NCBI RefSeq assembly: GCF_006345805.1
Contig: NC_042998.1
Location: forward strand, 37,138,001 to 37,202,000
Source: Octopus sinensis
Taxonomy: Eukaryota
Direction: 5' to 3'
Length of the DNA stretch: 64,000 nucleotides
Position numbers and translations under genes: made by a program. The notes beneath the pieces were generated by a model. It worked only from the letters and a program-made list of their open reading frames with translations, did no database searches and had not been told where the DNA came from. Below are positions 26,007-40,290 of this stretch, piece by piece (position 1 is the first letter of the stretch; each line of letters begins with the position of its first letter).

Positions 26007-26391
26007 GGATGGAAGCACTCCGTCGGCTACGACGACGAGGGTTCCTGTTGATCCGATCAACGGAACAACCTGCTCGTGAAATTAACGTGTAAGTGGCTGA
26101 GCATTCCACAGACACGTGTACCCTTAACGTAGTTCTCGGGGATATTCAGCGTGACACAGAGAGTGACAAGGCCGGCCCTTTGAAATACAGGTACAACAGA
26201 AACAGGAAGTAAGAGTGAGAGAAATTTGTGGTGAAAGAGTACAGCAGGGATTACCACCATCCCTGCCGGAGCCTCGTGGAACTTTAGGTGTTTTCGCTCA
26301 ATAAACACTCACAACGCCCGGTCTGGGAATCGAAACCGCGATCCTACGACCGCGAGTCCGCTGCCCTAACCACTGGGCCATTGCGCCTCCC
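26007..26391 (-). mobile_element. tRNA-derived SINE (resembles octopus OR-type), full length
   Basis: Head GGCGCAATGGCCCAGTGGTTAGGGCAGCGGACTCGCGGTC..GGTTTCGATTCCCAGACC with A/B boxes; tail ends CCGACGGAGTGCTTCCA. Confidence 0.9.
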
Positions 26392-28437
26392 CACTTGAAA
26401 CTAATATACGCTTTAGAAACGCTATTTGTCAATATACGATAATATTTTAGCAAGTACAGAAAAAAAAACCCTGTTCAGATATAGTTTTAACATGGCTGTT
26501 TTACCGCGTTGATGATGCATAGCCTTCAACGTTCTTGTCGAGATAAACAGAAAAGAACGCAATTTCCCTGCAAGCAGAAGTCGAAACATTTTAAAGTTTA
26601 ACTTACACGAAATGCCATCCACACATAATATATTTGTACTTATTAACTTTCTCTATGGAATTTTATTATACATTCAATTCCTGTCGTTCAAATAAATGTC
26701 TTCTTATGTTCTTCTTCCGAATACACTGAAGCGAAGAAGCCCTAGAAAATAGACACTGTTGATGCAGTAAAAACACCGTATCATATATAGCACACGTTAC
26801 TCAGAGCAAACCGTCTTTAGCTGTTTATTTGGCATTTAATGATCCACGTGTATCATATGACATGTAGAACGTGTGGCATATCGATCTGTGTACTTCAACT
26901 TGCTACAGAAAACGTTACACTTGTAATCACTACGGAAACCAGGCTGACGTAATGCGGTATATTCAGAGTTACATTCTACGAAATGTAACATTTTCAATGA
27001 TTAATTAAATTTAGTTCATTCATATTGTCTAGTAAAACATAAGCAATCTTACTCTCCTGTACACTAAGGATACCTGCACAACGATTTTGGACAGCTCCCG
27101 TTTCTTCTCTGCATTCCCTTCTCGTTCCCTCCGTCCTTCTGTCTCTTTCAGTATATTTGTTCGTCGAATGTGTTTAAGCTCGTTGTACGCCAATAGTTAT
27201 ATAAAGAGTGGTGAATCCTGCAATGATTCTATTAAATCTACTCAGTGGTTAGCATTAAGGACATATATTATCTTAAAAGGAAGGGAACTAAGCTTTAAGT
27301 CCCTGAAAACTAATGAAGAGGAAATATTAATAGAGATAAGTGAAGTTTATATCAAACATATAATTTCATATTTTGTATGAAAGGTTAATAAGGTTTGTAA
27401 TTATATACATACTGCAAGGCGGATATAAAGTATGTGTGCAATGTGAAATATGATATACATTGAATTAGAATTCCATTATAACGTGAAATCATATTTCACG
27501 TTATAAAGATTCCATTGGTTTAAATTTAAGTGGGACTCTTTAACTTGTGGATATTGGCATCAGATAATCTACGTTCTATAAGAACGTAGATACATCTTTC
27601 CCATCCAAGAATCAAAAGTAACCTGTTCGAGTTCCTTTTACGTAGAAAAACATGTTGGAGATGAGCCTTATAATCTCTGGCAGGCTCTCCACTTCCCCCC
27701 ACCTCATAGATGTTTATGAAGGAAGCACCCGCTCTACTCTGAATTTTCCTCCATGGGGTATCTGAAATATATGTGAACTTGGCAGAAGAAAATGTTTGTC
27801 TTCAGACATTTCAGAGGAATTCCTCACTCGCACTCTTTTGATATTATCATCAGATAATGGCCCGCCCTCTTCTACCAAAACTTGCGGTCATTGAATTTCA
27901 CAATTCATTCGGTTGACAACTTATTTTCCTTGCACGCAACAAAACTCGTTAATTGATGGGTACTAATTGATAGCGTTTCAAGGACGATGTCATGCCCTTG
28001 CGTACGTTTCTGACAGGTTCGGATGTCGGCACTTCCATATCTGTCAAGCTTATCTCGAACAGGAACTGCCACTTGTAGTAATCTTGTGTTAAGTTTTATG
28101 GAAGCTGTCCATAAACTTGATTTCACAGTTCACCAGTGGTGAATATTCATACAGTTCTCGTCAGTGTTCAGAGACGTCCGACTATGTCATATGCCTGTTC
28201 TTTACTCATATTAGACTGCCTGGGTTTTCTTTTGCTACAAATGTCTAACTAGTACAGTCCTGTGAGTGTTTGGTACAATTATCGATGCTATGAACACAAC
28301 AATAGTCTATATTTGACCCCTAATTGCAGCTTAGCCAAAGACACAAGCTATGGAGAGACGTCTTATACGAACCAGTTCGGCATTACCATCATTATTGCAA
28401 TGTTCAAGATATTTCTGAAGTATGTAAGTATATACAC

Positions 28438-28439
<2 letters not shown>

Positions 28440-28468
<29 letters not shown>

Positions 28469-28559
28469 TGTATGTATGTATGTATGTATGTGTGTGTGTA
28501 TGTATGTATGCATGCATGCATGCATGTATGTATGTATGTATGTGCATATATGTATGTGC

Positions 28560-28590
<31 letters not shown>

Positions 28591-28600
28591 CATATATATA
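28440..28600. repeat. (TATG)n/(TA)n microsatellite
   Basis: Direct inspection. Confidence 0.95.
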
Positions 28601-29989
28601 TTTATACTAATGGGAAACGTTATGTAATATTTAATGATCTAAATTAAAACACGTTCTTAAACGGATTTGTTAAAAGGAAATCCAAATACATTAACTTGCA
28701 TTTGTATTAACGAACTAATCGCAGTTAAATCTTGCAGAAAGAAATCGCACTAATATACAGAAGCTGTTCATAAATTGCAACAGTGGATAATTATAGCAAA
28801 TTCTTATCGAATGTCATAATAATTAATGTTAATTAATGTTAATGCTATTGTGTCTTTCTCATCGGAATCAGCTTATTTCATTGGTGACAGAGCAATTTCT
28901 ATTACACGGAAGAAAATATTCGAAACTTCACGTTAGTAGCTCCCAGGTCTGTCAGTGTTAAATTTAAAATATACAATGTGATGGCGCATTAGTTAACGCA
29001 ACACATTACATGATGTCTCATTTAACTCAATAAATTTGCTCTTTCAGTAAACATCTTTAAATATGTTTTGTATTAAATGTAAAATAAAAGTTGCTCTCTT
29101 TTGATGTTCATCAGATTTCGTCTTAAATTTAGAAATCTGAAATGGGAGTTATGCAAATGTATGCAATTTTTTTCTGATATTACCGATTATATAAACGTAG
29201 TCCATAAGGCGGCTTCTCAAACTGCGAAATCATTATTATTTCAGCCTTCAGAACTACATGACTAAGATAATAAGCATTTACATTCAATTTGAAAACGGTG
29301 TTCCAAAATCATTATTTGTCTGAGCAGTAATAGGGGCCGGAGTATAATTTGTATCATGGTTTTGATTTCACATTTTGAGAATCTTCAAACTAACACTGGC
29401 TACAGAAAGCAGATTTACACTTCTGCAGGGCAAATATGTACCACGAAGAGAAAAGACCCTTGATTCACTGTAAAATAAATTTTGACAGTAAAATATTTCA
29501 TGTATAGATTTGTTATCTATGAATCCGTATAAGATCAAATTCGGTTTACGAAATATAGAAAATGTAACAAAATGTTACGATTAAAAAATACGGTTAATAA
29601 AATGTTGGAAACGTTTGATTATGAAGTATCATTTTAAACACATTTCTTTTCAGTTTGTGGATATCAAATACTGGTCTTGCACATTACCTCCTGGTCTAAA
29701 AGTTGTGACAAAAGATGGTTGATCAGTTAGTCCGTCTTCTATGGTGACTCAGAAGATTCTCATTTATGATGTCTGTTGTAAGCAATCCTACGACAGACAG
29801 AACGTGAATGGCGAGAAATACCTTCTTCAATTATATGGAGAGACAGCTTCTTTAAATAGTGTTTTTCCGTATTTTCCCCATGAAGTCCCCTACTCCGTTG
29901 CGTATTTATTTAGAGGATTAAATGTATTATGGCAAAATACGGATTAATGTATTACAGCCATTGTGCTTGATGTTTTCTTTTTTTTCGTG

Positions 29990-32000
29990 GCTGGGCTATT
30001 AGCTTCTTATTACTTGTGTTTACGGCTGTAAACGTAAGGGCTCCTTTATTTTTGCTCAGGTTGGAGTGTGTTCTGACAGTTAGCGTATACGTGAATGGAA
30101 GTGTAGTTGTTCTTTCAAGAGACGTATCTACAACTATGATTTTAGTGGAGATTTGGAAGATGGTGTAGGTGGTAGCTGCTATTTGGAGCGGTGACGATGC
30201 ATCGGTGTTCAAATGCGTCAAGCCGTTTGTTCATATCTATCACGTTTTTGATAGATTTTTGCCTGAGTCGAGAAAGAGCATCTCTCGTGGGCGGCTCCTG
30301 TCGTTGGTATATTTGTGTTTTTTCTGCAGCTCTTGTTGCCGCTCTCTGAGATGTGGTGGCCAATGGCGGTGCTGTATATTTTGTTGTTTTAGTTGTCCGT
30401 ACTCCCATCGGTTGGTGTTGGTATACGGACCACTTTCACTATTGCAGCTGGTGCAGAAATACCTTTCTTACGTTTGTATCCTATGTTTTAGCTACGGTTT
30501 CTCATGTTGTTGGCATTGCAGTTGTGGCATTGATTGTTGTGAATGCTTTCTCCCGTTGTCGTTTTCCGTTTCTGGAACAGAACGCCTGTTCCAGAATTAT
30601 AGCACCAAAATCTTCTACCCTCCACCACTACATGCCATTGTGCCCTTCTTGAATATTTATTATGTCGAGGATATTCTCTTGTGTTCCAGGATTCAACTGA
30701 AGTTCGATTTACAAGCACATGCCAAACTAATTTTTTTCCGGGATGTTTCTATTAAAATTTGCAGCATCGTGTTCGCGCTTTCTACAATCAAGCGTGTCAC
30801 CACATACCAGAAGTCCCAAAGAACCAAATGCACCATCCGCGCTCTTCCATTAACATGACCTAGTATACAGTTAGTTATATTCATAAATATGAATTTATAA
30901 TAAGACTAAATCTTCTTTAGCTTTCCAAGCAGATCTTCATAATCGTCTCCTTCTCTCTGATTGTTGAAGAGTTATTCACATCTACATTCCAGCCAATCTC
31001 TATGACAATGGGTGTTCTTTTGTGTTGACAATAGCTAAATCATATACCCTATGTTTGAACATATAAAAGCTTCGATGGGAATGTCCCACCAATATTCTTT
31101 GGGATGTAATATATGATTTAAAAGGCAAAACTGCTGTTTTTATCCTAGAGTAATAATTTCTGCGGATGGTGTTAAATATTGTTTTAGGAACATCATTATG
31201 TCACAGAAGGAGATAGTTCAGCAATGACATTTTTGAGCGATCACTGATTATATTTGTTGCCTTCTGCACAATGGTAATTTAACGGACATTCCCGAGTGTC
31301 TTCATAGCTTAAGGTCTTCACTGTTCCTTACTCATTGGATATTTCGTACACTTTTTCTCACTCTTCGTTTGCAAGAGCAAAACCTTCGAGATATGACGTA
31401 ATATACATGTCACGACTCCAAAAGAGTTTCAATATGTTGCTATTATTATCATTCAATTTGAAGGAAATCTATTCATGCATAATACTTTTGCATCAGGCAT
31501 TGTGTTTCGGTGAAAACATGAAGGGTTGCCAACATTCGGCTTATGTGGAAAATAATATGAAGTGAGTGTTCCTTCGGTGCTTCTCTCCCGACCAGTAATA
31601 TATAATTCCCTTCCTCTTTGAGGGATAGCTTCATACGTTCGGTGGTTTCATGCTTGGTTGCTTTCCAAATATATCCAAAGAGTTCCCTCACAATAACAGC
31701 AGCCGAAGTTAAGCACGTATTGATATTCTAATATGCATTTTCACAATATTATAGAGTCTCTAGCGATATCATTAATAATTATTATTATGAGGCGGTTTTC
31801 GTCGTTTCCGTAATCTCGTCAGAATGTAGGGTGACATAAAGGTAGTTTATTGATGCGGGATAATTGATTCCAAGAATGGTTCTAAAGTGTTTAAGATGTA
31901 TATATTCTACAGCCTTTTCTCTCTCGTAAGCCTGCAAAGATATGGAAGAAACAGACTTTTGTGGTGGTGGCACTGATGGTTTCCGTTTGATTATATAGTT
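29990..32000 (-). mobile_element. Cluster of fragmented RTE-clade LINE remnants
   Basis: IVIEIGWNV and WKSADG (endonuclease-like), MNKRLDAFEHRC, HFRTILGINYP, LFGYIWKA (RT thumb-like); many deletions and stops. Confidence 0.6.
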
Positions 32001-32365
32001 GTTAGTGACTTCGGCATTGTGGTGGGTTCGGAATATCGATTGTTATCTTCGCAATTTTGTTTTTTGACATGGAAAGATGCCTGTTGAAATGTAGCAAATA
32101 ATGGGATTTTCTCAGGATTTCTTATGGCATCTGAGAACATTCTGAATTGCATAGATCAAGAGAAATGAGAAGTGTACTTACGTTTCCTGAGATGGTTCAC
32201 AAACGTGGAAGAATTGTGATCATTACCGTGGTGTTGTGATCCATGTCAGTTATAATCGGATAAACGAAGTTCAGCTATAGATATATTCTTAAAGCCGTTA
32301 AGAACGACGCAAATTTGGTGAGCAAAAGGGGTTTCTGTTAAGTTAACAGAAGAAAAATAAACCAT

Positions 32366-32407
32366 TTACTAATCTAAGTTTCAAGGTTTCTATATTTTCA
32401 GGTAAGG
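32366..32407 (+). other. Recursive-splice-site-like motif (AG|GT)
   Basis: TTTACTAATC branchpoint-like, then TTTCTATATTTTCAG|GTAAGG; junction 32401/32402. Confidence 0.3.
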
Positions 32408-33069
32408 AAATGATCGAAAGCACATTTTAAAGATAGTTTGCACCTGCACAAGTGTTGTTGAAAGTATGCCTGTAAGTTACGATAACAAGAAAAGACAAAC
32501 AGAACATATTTAAATCTCTGTTAAATAATATTATTAACGTTGTCAAATCACTTTATTGCAGACATAGGGAAAATTCTTACTATATACATCAGGGATTTGT
32601 ATCTGTTATTAAATGACAATAAAGTTTAACACGAGAGTAGATGACACCCATCTCAACTAGAATATCAAATAATTATACGAAAGCATAGACACAGAATCAC
32701 ACACACAAACACGAATGCACGGAAATGTATATATCGCAATGCATGCATACATACATCTATGTATATGTATAAGTGTGCGCCCGAACACACACGCACACAG
32801 GAATTATATGTACAAATAGATGTAAGACTCTTATCGCTAAACTTAGTGCTCCATGTAGATTTTCATAAATCAAAATTTTCTCTGTTGTTTGTTAATCAAC
32901 TTCTCTACTGGGTAGTATTACTTGTTTTAAGCTACTGAGCAAGGGTGGGAAACATAGGGAGAAACTCAAATTCATATTAAAGTTCCTGTGCACGTTTCAT
33001 TAAAATGGTTGTTCGGAGTCCTGCGATGTATGTTCTAATTGCATATAGAAGGTGATCAACCACAACGGA

Positions 33070-33485
33070 TACCTAATTATTTACTACCCACAAGGGGCCA
33101 AACACAGAGGGGACAAACAAGGAAAGACAAATGGATTAAGTCGATTACATCGACCCCAGTGCGTAACTGGTACTTAATTTATGGACCCCGAAAGGATGAA
33201 AGGCAAAGTCGACAGCGGCGGAATTTGAACTCACAACGTAACGGCAAACGAAATACCTATTTCTTTATTACCCACAAGGGGCTAAACATAGAGGGGACAA
33301 ATAAGGACAGACATAGGTATTAAGTCGATTACATCGACCCCAGTGCGTAACTGGTACTTAATTTATAGACCCCAAAAGGATGAAAGGCAAAGTCGACCTT
33401 GGCGGAATTTAAACACAGAACGGAGTAGCAGACGAAATACCGGTAAACATTTCGCCCGACGTGCTAACGTTTCTACTAATTCGCA
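33070..33485 (-). mobile_element. tRNA-derived SINE (second abundant family) with a tandem partial copy
   Basis: GTCGATTACATCGACCCCAGTGCGTAACTGGTACTTAATTTAT occurs twice about 190 bp apart; the copies join at the GGTATTTC microhomology. Confidence 0.9.
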
Positions 33486-33584
33486 ACAGATATCAACAGG
33501 CATAATGCTGACTCTAAACTTGTGCTTATTATTATTTTTCCTAAATACATACATATATACATACATACTTATATACGTATATGA

Positions 33585-33900
33585 TGGTTGTCTACTATGT
33601 AGAGTCTGACCACCTCCTTTACCTAGACCTTAGATCCCTCATAGCCTCTGATGTGACTTTATAAACCAGATATGTTATTCAAAAGACACCCACATAGATC
33701 GCATGTCCGTTTTGCACCGACGAAAGCTGCCGTTAAGTTCTGATCTTTGTGGATTTTAAAATGTCTGTTGAGGCCTCCGTTAGATTTGCAGACCTTATGG
33801 CATACATGGCATTGGATGGCGTGCACAGGTACATAAGTAGGATAGTTGGTGGAATACAACAGGAATGGTAAGACAAGTGATTTGTAAAGAGCCAATGTTA
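33585..33900 (-). mobile_element. RTE LINE 3' end with two C2H2 fingers, internally deleted
   Basis: ALYKSLVLPFLLYS (thumb motif) fused to CHVCHKVCKSNGGLNRHFKIH and CDLCGCLLNNISGL*SHIRG. Confidence 0.7.
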
Positions 33901-33961
33901 TGTTGTTATTTATGTGTCGTTAGCAGCAAACATATATACATACATACTTAAACATATACAT

Positions 33962-34026
<65 letters not shown>

Positions 34027-34063
34027 TGCATAGATATACATACATATACATATGTATGTATAC

Positions 34064-34139
<76 letters not shown>

Positions 34140-34540
34140 TGTGTGCGTGTGCGTGTGTATGTGTGTACGTATATATTTACACATATATACCTAAATGTAT
34201 GTATGTATGTGTAAACAAGGGCTTGCTGAAAGGTTTTTGGCTTTCAGGTTATTGCGAAGATCCTGGCTGGATGGAGGTCCAATCTTCCGAGTTCTTTTAC
34301 AGGGCTTAGAAAAACTGCTGGAATAAAACGTGTGGATCTAACAAATATGTTGAATAAATCATAATTAACTGACCCCAAAGTCAGAATATTTCAGCAGCCC
34401 TTCGTCTATATACATATATATATATATATAATATATATATATATATATCTTATTACTCTGCGGAAGATATTTTCTTCAGTTCTTACACATACCACATAAA
34501 TAACATCTCCAAACGGATTTGGAATATATATATATGTATG

Positions 34541-34596
<56 letters not shown>

Positions 34597-34632
34597 GTTT
34601 GTTGTGTATGGTAGTATGCATGTGTATTTATG

Positions 34633-34670
<38 letters not shown>

Positions 34671-34671
<1 letters not shown>

Positions 34672-35050
34672 GCGCAGGAGTGGCTGTGTGGTAAGTAGCT
34701 TGTTTACCAACCACATGGTTCCGGGTTCACTCCCACTGCGTGGCACCTTGGGCAAGTGTCTTCTACTATAGCCTCCGGCCGACCAAAGTCTTGTGAGTGG
34801 GTTTGGTAGACGGAAACTGAAAGAAGCCCGTCGTATATATGTATATATATGCGTGTGTGTGTTTGTGTTTCTGTGTTTGTCCCCCTAGCATTGCTTGACA
34901 ACCGATGCTGGTGTGTTTATGTCCCCGTTACTTTGCGGTTCGGCAAAAGATACCGATAGAATAAGTCCCGGGGTCGAGTTGCTCGATTAAAGGCGGTGCT
35001 CCAGCATGGACGCAGTCAAATGACTGAAACAAGTAAAAGAGTAAAAGAGT
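34671..35050 (+). mobile_element. Full-length tRNA-derived SINE (most abundant family in the window)
   Basis: GGCGCAGGAGTGGCTGTGTGGTAAG..CCGGGTTCA (A/B boxes), GCACCTTGGGCAAGTGTCTT central domain, tail GACTGAAACAAGTAAAAGAGTAAAAGAG. Confidence 0.92.
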
Positions 35051-36121
35051 ATATATATATAGCAACGAGTTTACATATTCCTAGCACAATGTTTATAAAC
35101 AGATTAAGTAACTATAAATGTACTTTACTTAGACGCCGTCTACATCTGTGGCGAAATTGTAAGCACGATGCATGTTAAGCGCGATGAAGAAAAAAAATTC
35201 ATAAACTTTCGTCTTTCGGATGTATGTAACAGTCACATTCATAGCATCGCATACGAGCAACATTCTGAATGTTTCTAAAATGAGTATTTGTGATAAGATT
35301 GTACAAAATTTGAACATATTAATTCTATCAATATCAATTATGTCATCATCATATACGCCCCATAAGTAAATGACTGCTTATGTTTACCACTATATTAGAA
35401 TATTAATTAAAATGTAATAATTTGCGTAACCGAAAAGAAAACAATGTATACGAGTAATTATTCAAATTTTGAATTCATACCGACTTGAACAAATAAACGT
35501 AGGTTAACATAATTGCAGTGTACAGCTAATAATACTACGGGGTTGGTTGTAGCATAGAACATTAAAACGCAAGAATTAAGCACACAGTTATTTAAATTTC
35601 AAACACACAAAACTTGTGCAAAATTATACGTTCTCTACTTTTCGATCTGCTCTTAATAGAATTTGAATACATTGAAATAACCGGTGCATATTAGGCTGTG
35701 ACACAAATTCAACTGTTCTTTTTTCTTCTTCTTCTTCTTTTCCTTCTTTTTCATTATCATCATCATCATCATCATCATCTAAATTATTGTTATGATCCTT
35801 ATTGTTGATACTGTAACGATGAGCACGCGGAATCATTATTGCAGAGACAAAAATGAGAAACAACATTTCTTCTGGTTTTACGTTCTGATTTCAAAGACCG
35901 CAGTGTTTGCCTTTCACGCTTTCCGATCCGATAAAATTAGTAGAAGTTGCTCAGTGAGGTCGATGCAATGGACTTCTCACCCAACCTCAGAAATTCTGGC
36001 CTTGATCCAAAATTTAGAAAGAGTTCTTACATTTATTGCTCGAATGTAGATTATTGTTCATCTGTCTCAGTGACATGACTTTATCTATACCATTGACATG
36101 TATTTGCTCTACATATTTCAG

Positions 36122-36190
36122 TTAACTGAAGCCAGCCGACCCTCGATGCCCGAAGCTAGCGGGAAACAGACTTGCTTTGCAAACTTTATA
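36122..36190 (+). other. Candidate 69-nt phase-0 exon of an unidentified gene
   Basis: TTGAC branchpoint-like, tttgctctacatatttcAG acceptor, ATA|GTATGT donor. GC-richer than flanks and open only in frame 0 (LTEASRPSMPEASGKQTCFANFI). Confidence 0.35.
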
Positions 36191-36931
36191 GTATGTAATT
36201 ATTTACTGTCAACATTTCTCATTCAGTATGTTTAATTGATACGCCAACGGCACAAACGGAAGTAAAAGAGAACACAAAAACAAATTGCAGGATAAAATAC
36301 ATGCAAACAAGAACATATTGGATACCTAAAGGAAATATAAGAAATAATTTGGTTGACAGACATGAGAAATATCCACAGACACACAGGGCCAACCATTTTA
36401 ATTCGTGCGCAGTTTTGTTAAATCTACGATTTTCTATTGCCGTAAGAATCTCAATTTGATTTTTTATTTAACACATTTATCTGATAAAAATATTTAAGAG
36501 GATATTAGGAGAGCGGGAGGCGTCTCTCGGCAATGGGATCTAATCCTTGACAAAGAAAAAAAAATAAAAAGAGAAAATTTTGGTTTGTTATAAAATGAAT
36601 GGTATTGGTATCGAATTGGCGTCAAACAAGAATTAGATGAAGCACATCAAGAAATCGTGAATGATTCCTCGGCCGAGGTAAAAGAGGAAATTCACCAAAC
36701 ATGGTGATTTAGACGTGTGTTTAGGAACTCCATGCTTTACCGATGGCTATCATGTTTAAAGCTTACAAAATGAGTGCATTGAGCAAGCCCCTCCGCTTGC
36801 AGGCCACGAGCATTTATGCATTCCACTCTCTGCTTCTAATCTACCTTTATCGCTAATAGAGATGGAGAAAAAAGAAACCGAAACGGTTACGTTTGGTGGC
36901 ATGTATGTTCCATACATACACCCCACTCCAC

Positions 36932-37034
<103 letters not shown>

Positions 37035-37038
37035 TGTG

Positions 37039-37333
37039 GAGGCGCAATGGCCTAGTGGTTAGGGCAGCGGACTCGCGGTCGTAGGATCGCGGTTTCGATT
37101 CCTAGACCGGGCGTTGTGAGTGTTTATTGAGCGAAAACACCTAAAAGCTCCACGAGGCTCCAGCAGGGGATGGTGATCCCTGCTGTACTCTTTCACCACT
37201 CTTTCTCTCACTCTTTCTTCTGTTGGCCTGCTCGCTTAGCCAGCGGGGTGGCGTCATTCGAAGGCTAAAACAATGCGAACGCATTGTGACCAGCGATGTG
37301 TAGCAACATCTGATGGTCTGGTCGGTCACGTGA
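37039..37333 (+). mobile_element. tRNA-derived SINE, same head as 26007-26391 but a different tail
   Basis: Head near-identical through CTCTTTCACCAC..CTCTCACTCTT; 3' part unrelated (ends GGTCGGTCACGTGAT). Confidence 0.88.
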
Positions 37334-38019
37334 TCACACACACACACATATATATATACATACATAGTGAAGGCGCATGGCTCAGTGGTTTCCTCAATAT
37401 CGAACAATTTACGAAACAAATATTTCTGTGCCTGGAGGAGGTTTTAGAAAATATATTCCTAGTAAAATTCGAAGGTAGAAACAGCATATTATTGTAGTTA
37501 GTGTATTTTTCTCGGTATTATGTAACAGTTGAGTGGTGAAATATTAGGGTGAATCTTGTCATGAATATAATCTGGATCTTTAAGACGTTCGATAATACAT
37601 TTTAATCTGAAATTTTAGTGTCTCGGATATTTACCCTGCGATAAAACAAAGATTACTCCGCAGATTACTTGCTCAGACAAAATGGCGGAGAACAGGATTT
37701 CAGAAAAATACAGCATCGAATTTTGATAACTTCTGATTCCACAAGGGAATCTTATATTGTATTGTTTAAATAGTATAACAGATTGAGAGATAACCTGGAT
37801 GCTCTGGCTTTGTAGCTTGTTCTCTTTATACAAGTTCAATCGATCATGACAATAGCTTGTCAAGTTGTATGCGTTTATCTCTATTACAAATATGTTTCTC
37901 TTTTTTGCTATTTGTTGTATAGGGCGCCGATGCGTGCAGCAACGTCTCCAATCTAAAGGATAACCACATTTGCTGGGGGGAAAATGCGCTTTAACAGTAC
38001 TTTTATAACAGATGCGCAC

Positions 38020-38053
38020 AATGCTGACCAACATCGTTATATTTCAGGTGAGG
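38020..38053 (+). other. Recursive-splice-site-like motif (AG|GT)
   Basis: GCTGAC branchpoint-like, then GTTATATTTCAG|GTGAGG; junction 38047/38048. Confidence 0.25.
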
Positions 38054-38806
38054 ACGTTCGAAAACGCGGACGCTGTATTAATGAAAATCTCGATTAACAA
38101 ATGAAATCCTAGGTATTTCTTATAGCCTTCATGTCACTATCTGCAGTGTTAAGTCGTTCAAATACAACACTACTTATTTTCACTCCTGCTACCTGCAATT
38201 CATTATAAAATAATAACAATAATTCCAGTCAACAGATTGATTAGGAATCCCCTCCTACTTAGGATAAACAATCATTTGGAAATAATTATTTCTCAAGAAA
38301 AACACGGATTTCTTCAAACTTTCAAAACGGGTCACATTTTAGTAGATTGAATTATATTACTGTCTTCTAAGCAGACAGTCAAAATATAATATTATAAATT
38401 GATATATTAAACATAACATATGCAAACATGAGTTATATATAAGTTACAAGTGGGAGGACAAACGAAAGAAAGGTGTCTTCAAAACATTTGGTAGAGAATT
38501 AGATATATTACTTAAAACAGTTTGATTCGGTTCTATGCAACTTAAAGTTTCACAGGCTTTCCACAGGACCCTAAGTCGGCTACGCCAGATGAGCTAGGGT
38601 CCTGTGGCGAGGAAATGAAAGTTACTTCGGGCTGACTCAGCTGCCATTTGAAAATATATATTTATTACTCTATATGATTATTTCTTTATTACCCACAGGT
38701 AGAGGGGACAAACAGTGACAGACAAAGGGATTAAGCCAATTATAAAGACCCCAGTGCGTAACAGATACATATTTAATCGACACTGAGGTCTGATACATAG
38801 GTTTCA

Positions 38807-39305
38807 GGACTGTTGCCTTAGTAACGAAGCTAAAGCACGCAAAGTGAAGCTGCTCAGGAAAGATTGACCTAGAACTCTGAACTCTGCTGTGCATGTGTAC
38901 TAAGTTTTAACGTAGTAGCCCAATTCTGGTGTTTACAGCAGTGCTGGGAAGGAAGGTGTGTAGCGTGTGATCATCGCATTGACCATGACAGAGAAAGTTG
39001 TCATGGCGTACCTGCTTATAGGCCTAGGTAATGTTGCAGAAAGTGCATGCGTAGGGGGTGCATGAGCCGCACGGGTATTGCCAAGCTTTCGGCAAAATTC
39101 GATGCATATTCTCTACTCAACTTTTTTCTGTCATATTCACTGCGACGATCACACGCGACACATCTTCCTTACAAGCACTGCCGTAAACAAAGGAATTGAG
39201 CTATAACTGTAAAACTTAGTGCGCATGTGCAACAGAGTTATCGATGAATCTGTGCCAAGCGGCGTCGCTCTCCGTGTTTTAGCTTCATTACTATAGCAAC
39301 AGTCC
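38807..39305. mobile_element. Old MITE/foldback with about 200-bp diverged inverted arms
   Basis: GGACTGTTGC..TAGTAACGAAGCTAAA.. and ..TTTAGCTTCATTACTATAGCAACAGTCC; arms align in reverse complement along their length. Confidence 0.7.
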
Positions 39306-39348
39306 CGATACTTATTGATCATGCCATGCATACATACATATATATTGC

Positions 39349-39401
<53 letters not shown>

Positions 39402-39419
39402 CATACGCACACACGCATA

Positions 39420-39453
<34 letters not shown>

Positions 39454-39989
39454 TAATAATACATACGCACATACGCATATACATATATATATATATATAT
39501 AAAATCTCACATACAGAACCGTACAGCTAGCGATGTCGGTGATAATTCGTTATTACTTTCAATTTATCGGCACCGGGTGTAATTCGTTTTCTACCGTTTA
39601 CTCGTTCCTGTTTCTCTTCATTTTAAGACAATAAACGTTTCCAAGCGGAAGCAATGACCCTCAATGTTTACTTGACAAAGGAGTGGCGCACATTCTCTCA
39701 TATATACACGAAGCTATAGATTCATAACGGATTTGACAATATTGCTTAGATTTATGTATTCAGATCGATGAAGAAGTATAATAAACGGCGAAAAATCATT
39801 GGAGACAAACTAGACTTTGAGATTACATTTCATTTGGAGTGACTAAGTGAATCTTCAGCTATTGGGCAAATAAACTGCCAAATACGAAGTGTTTTCAGTC
39901 TGTGAGTTCGCTGCTCAACTATATCGTCGTAATAACGCATTAAAGATAACTCTGCGAGATTCAGAGTCTCAGAATGTGTGGGAGCAGGG

Positions 39990-40290
39990 AATTTCTTTGT
40001 GGATGAGTTCCAGTTTGAAGGATGAAGAATGAGAGCTTGCTCCTATATCTCGATGTATTTGAGACCAAAGAAGACCCCTTGACTGCGCTGCACACTCGCC
40101 TCTGCGGCGGCGGCTTTCTTGTTTACTCGACTGTTTCTCCTCTTCGTCGTTCATCTTCCTTTTCCGCTGCGCACCCGCCGCGCGACCAATGCCGATATTT
40201 TCGAACCACTTCCACTCGTCTTCTTTCTATTCTGGTGGCATAGGATTTAATCTTGGCGTATTTGTACAATCATGAAATGAAATCTTAGTC
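39990..40290 (-). mobile_element. Possible RTE LINE 3'-end remnant (local GC-rich patch)
   Basis: Frame-shifted EW..V.EN.SA...VRSG-RKMNDEEEKQSSKQESRRRR...QGVFF resembles RTE C-termini. Confidence 0.3.

Noticed and set aside
27060-27200. Minus-strand protein-like stretch LLAYNELKHIRRTNILKETEGRRE
   Set aside because: In-frame stop immediately upstream with no acceptor; explained by a purine-rich tract.
27600-28260. Possible mariner/Tc1 N-terminal remnants (also 29740-29900 and 36640-36820)
   Set aside because: Only scattered short similarities across frames; not enough to define features.
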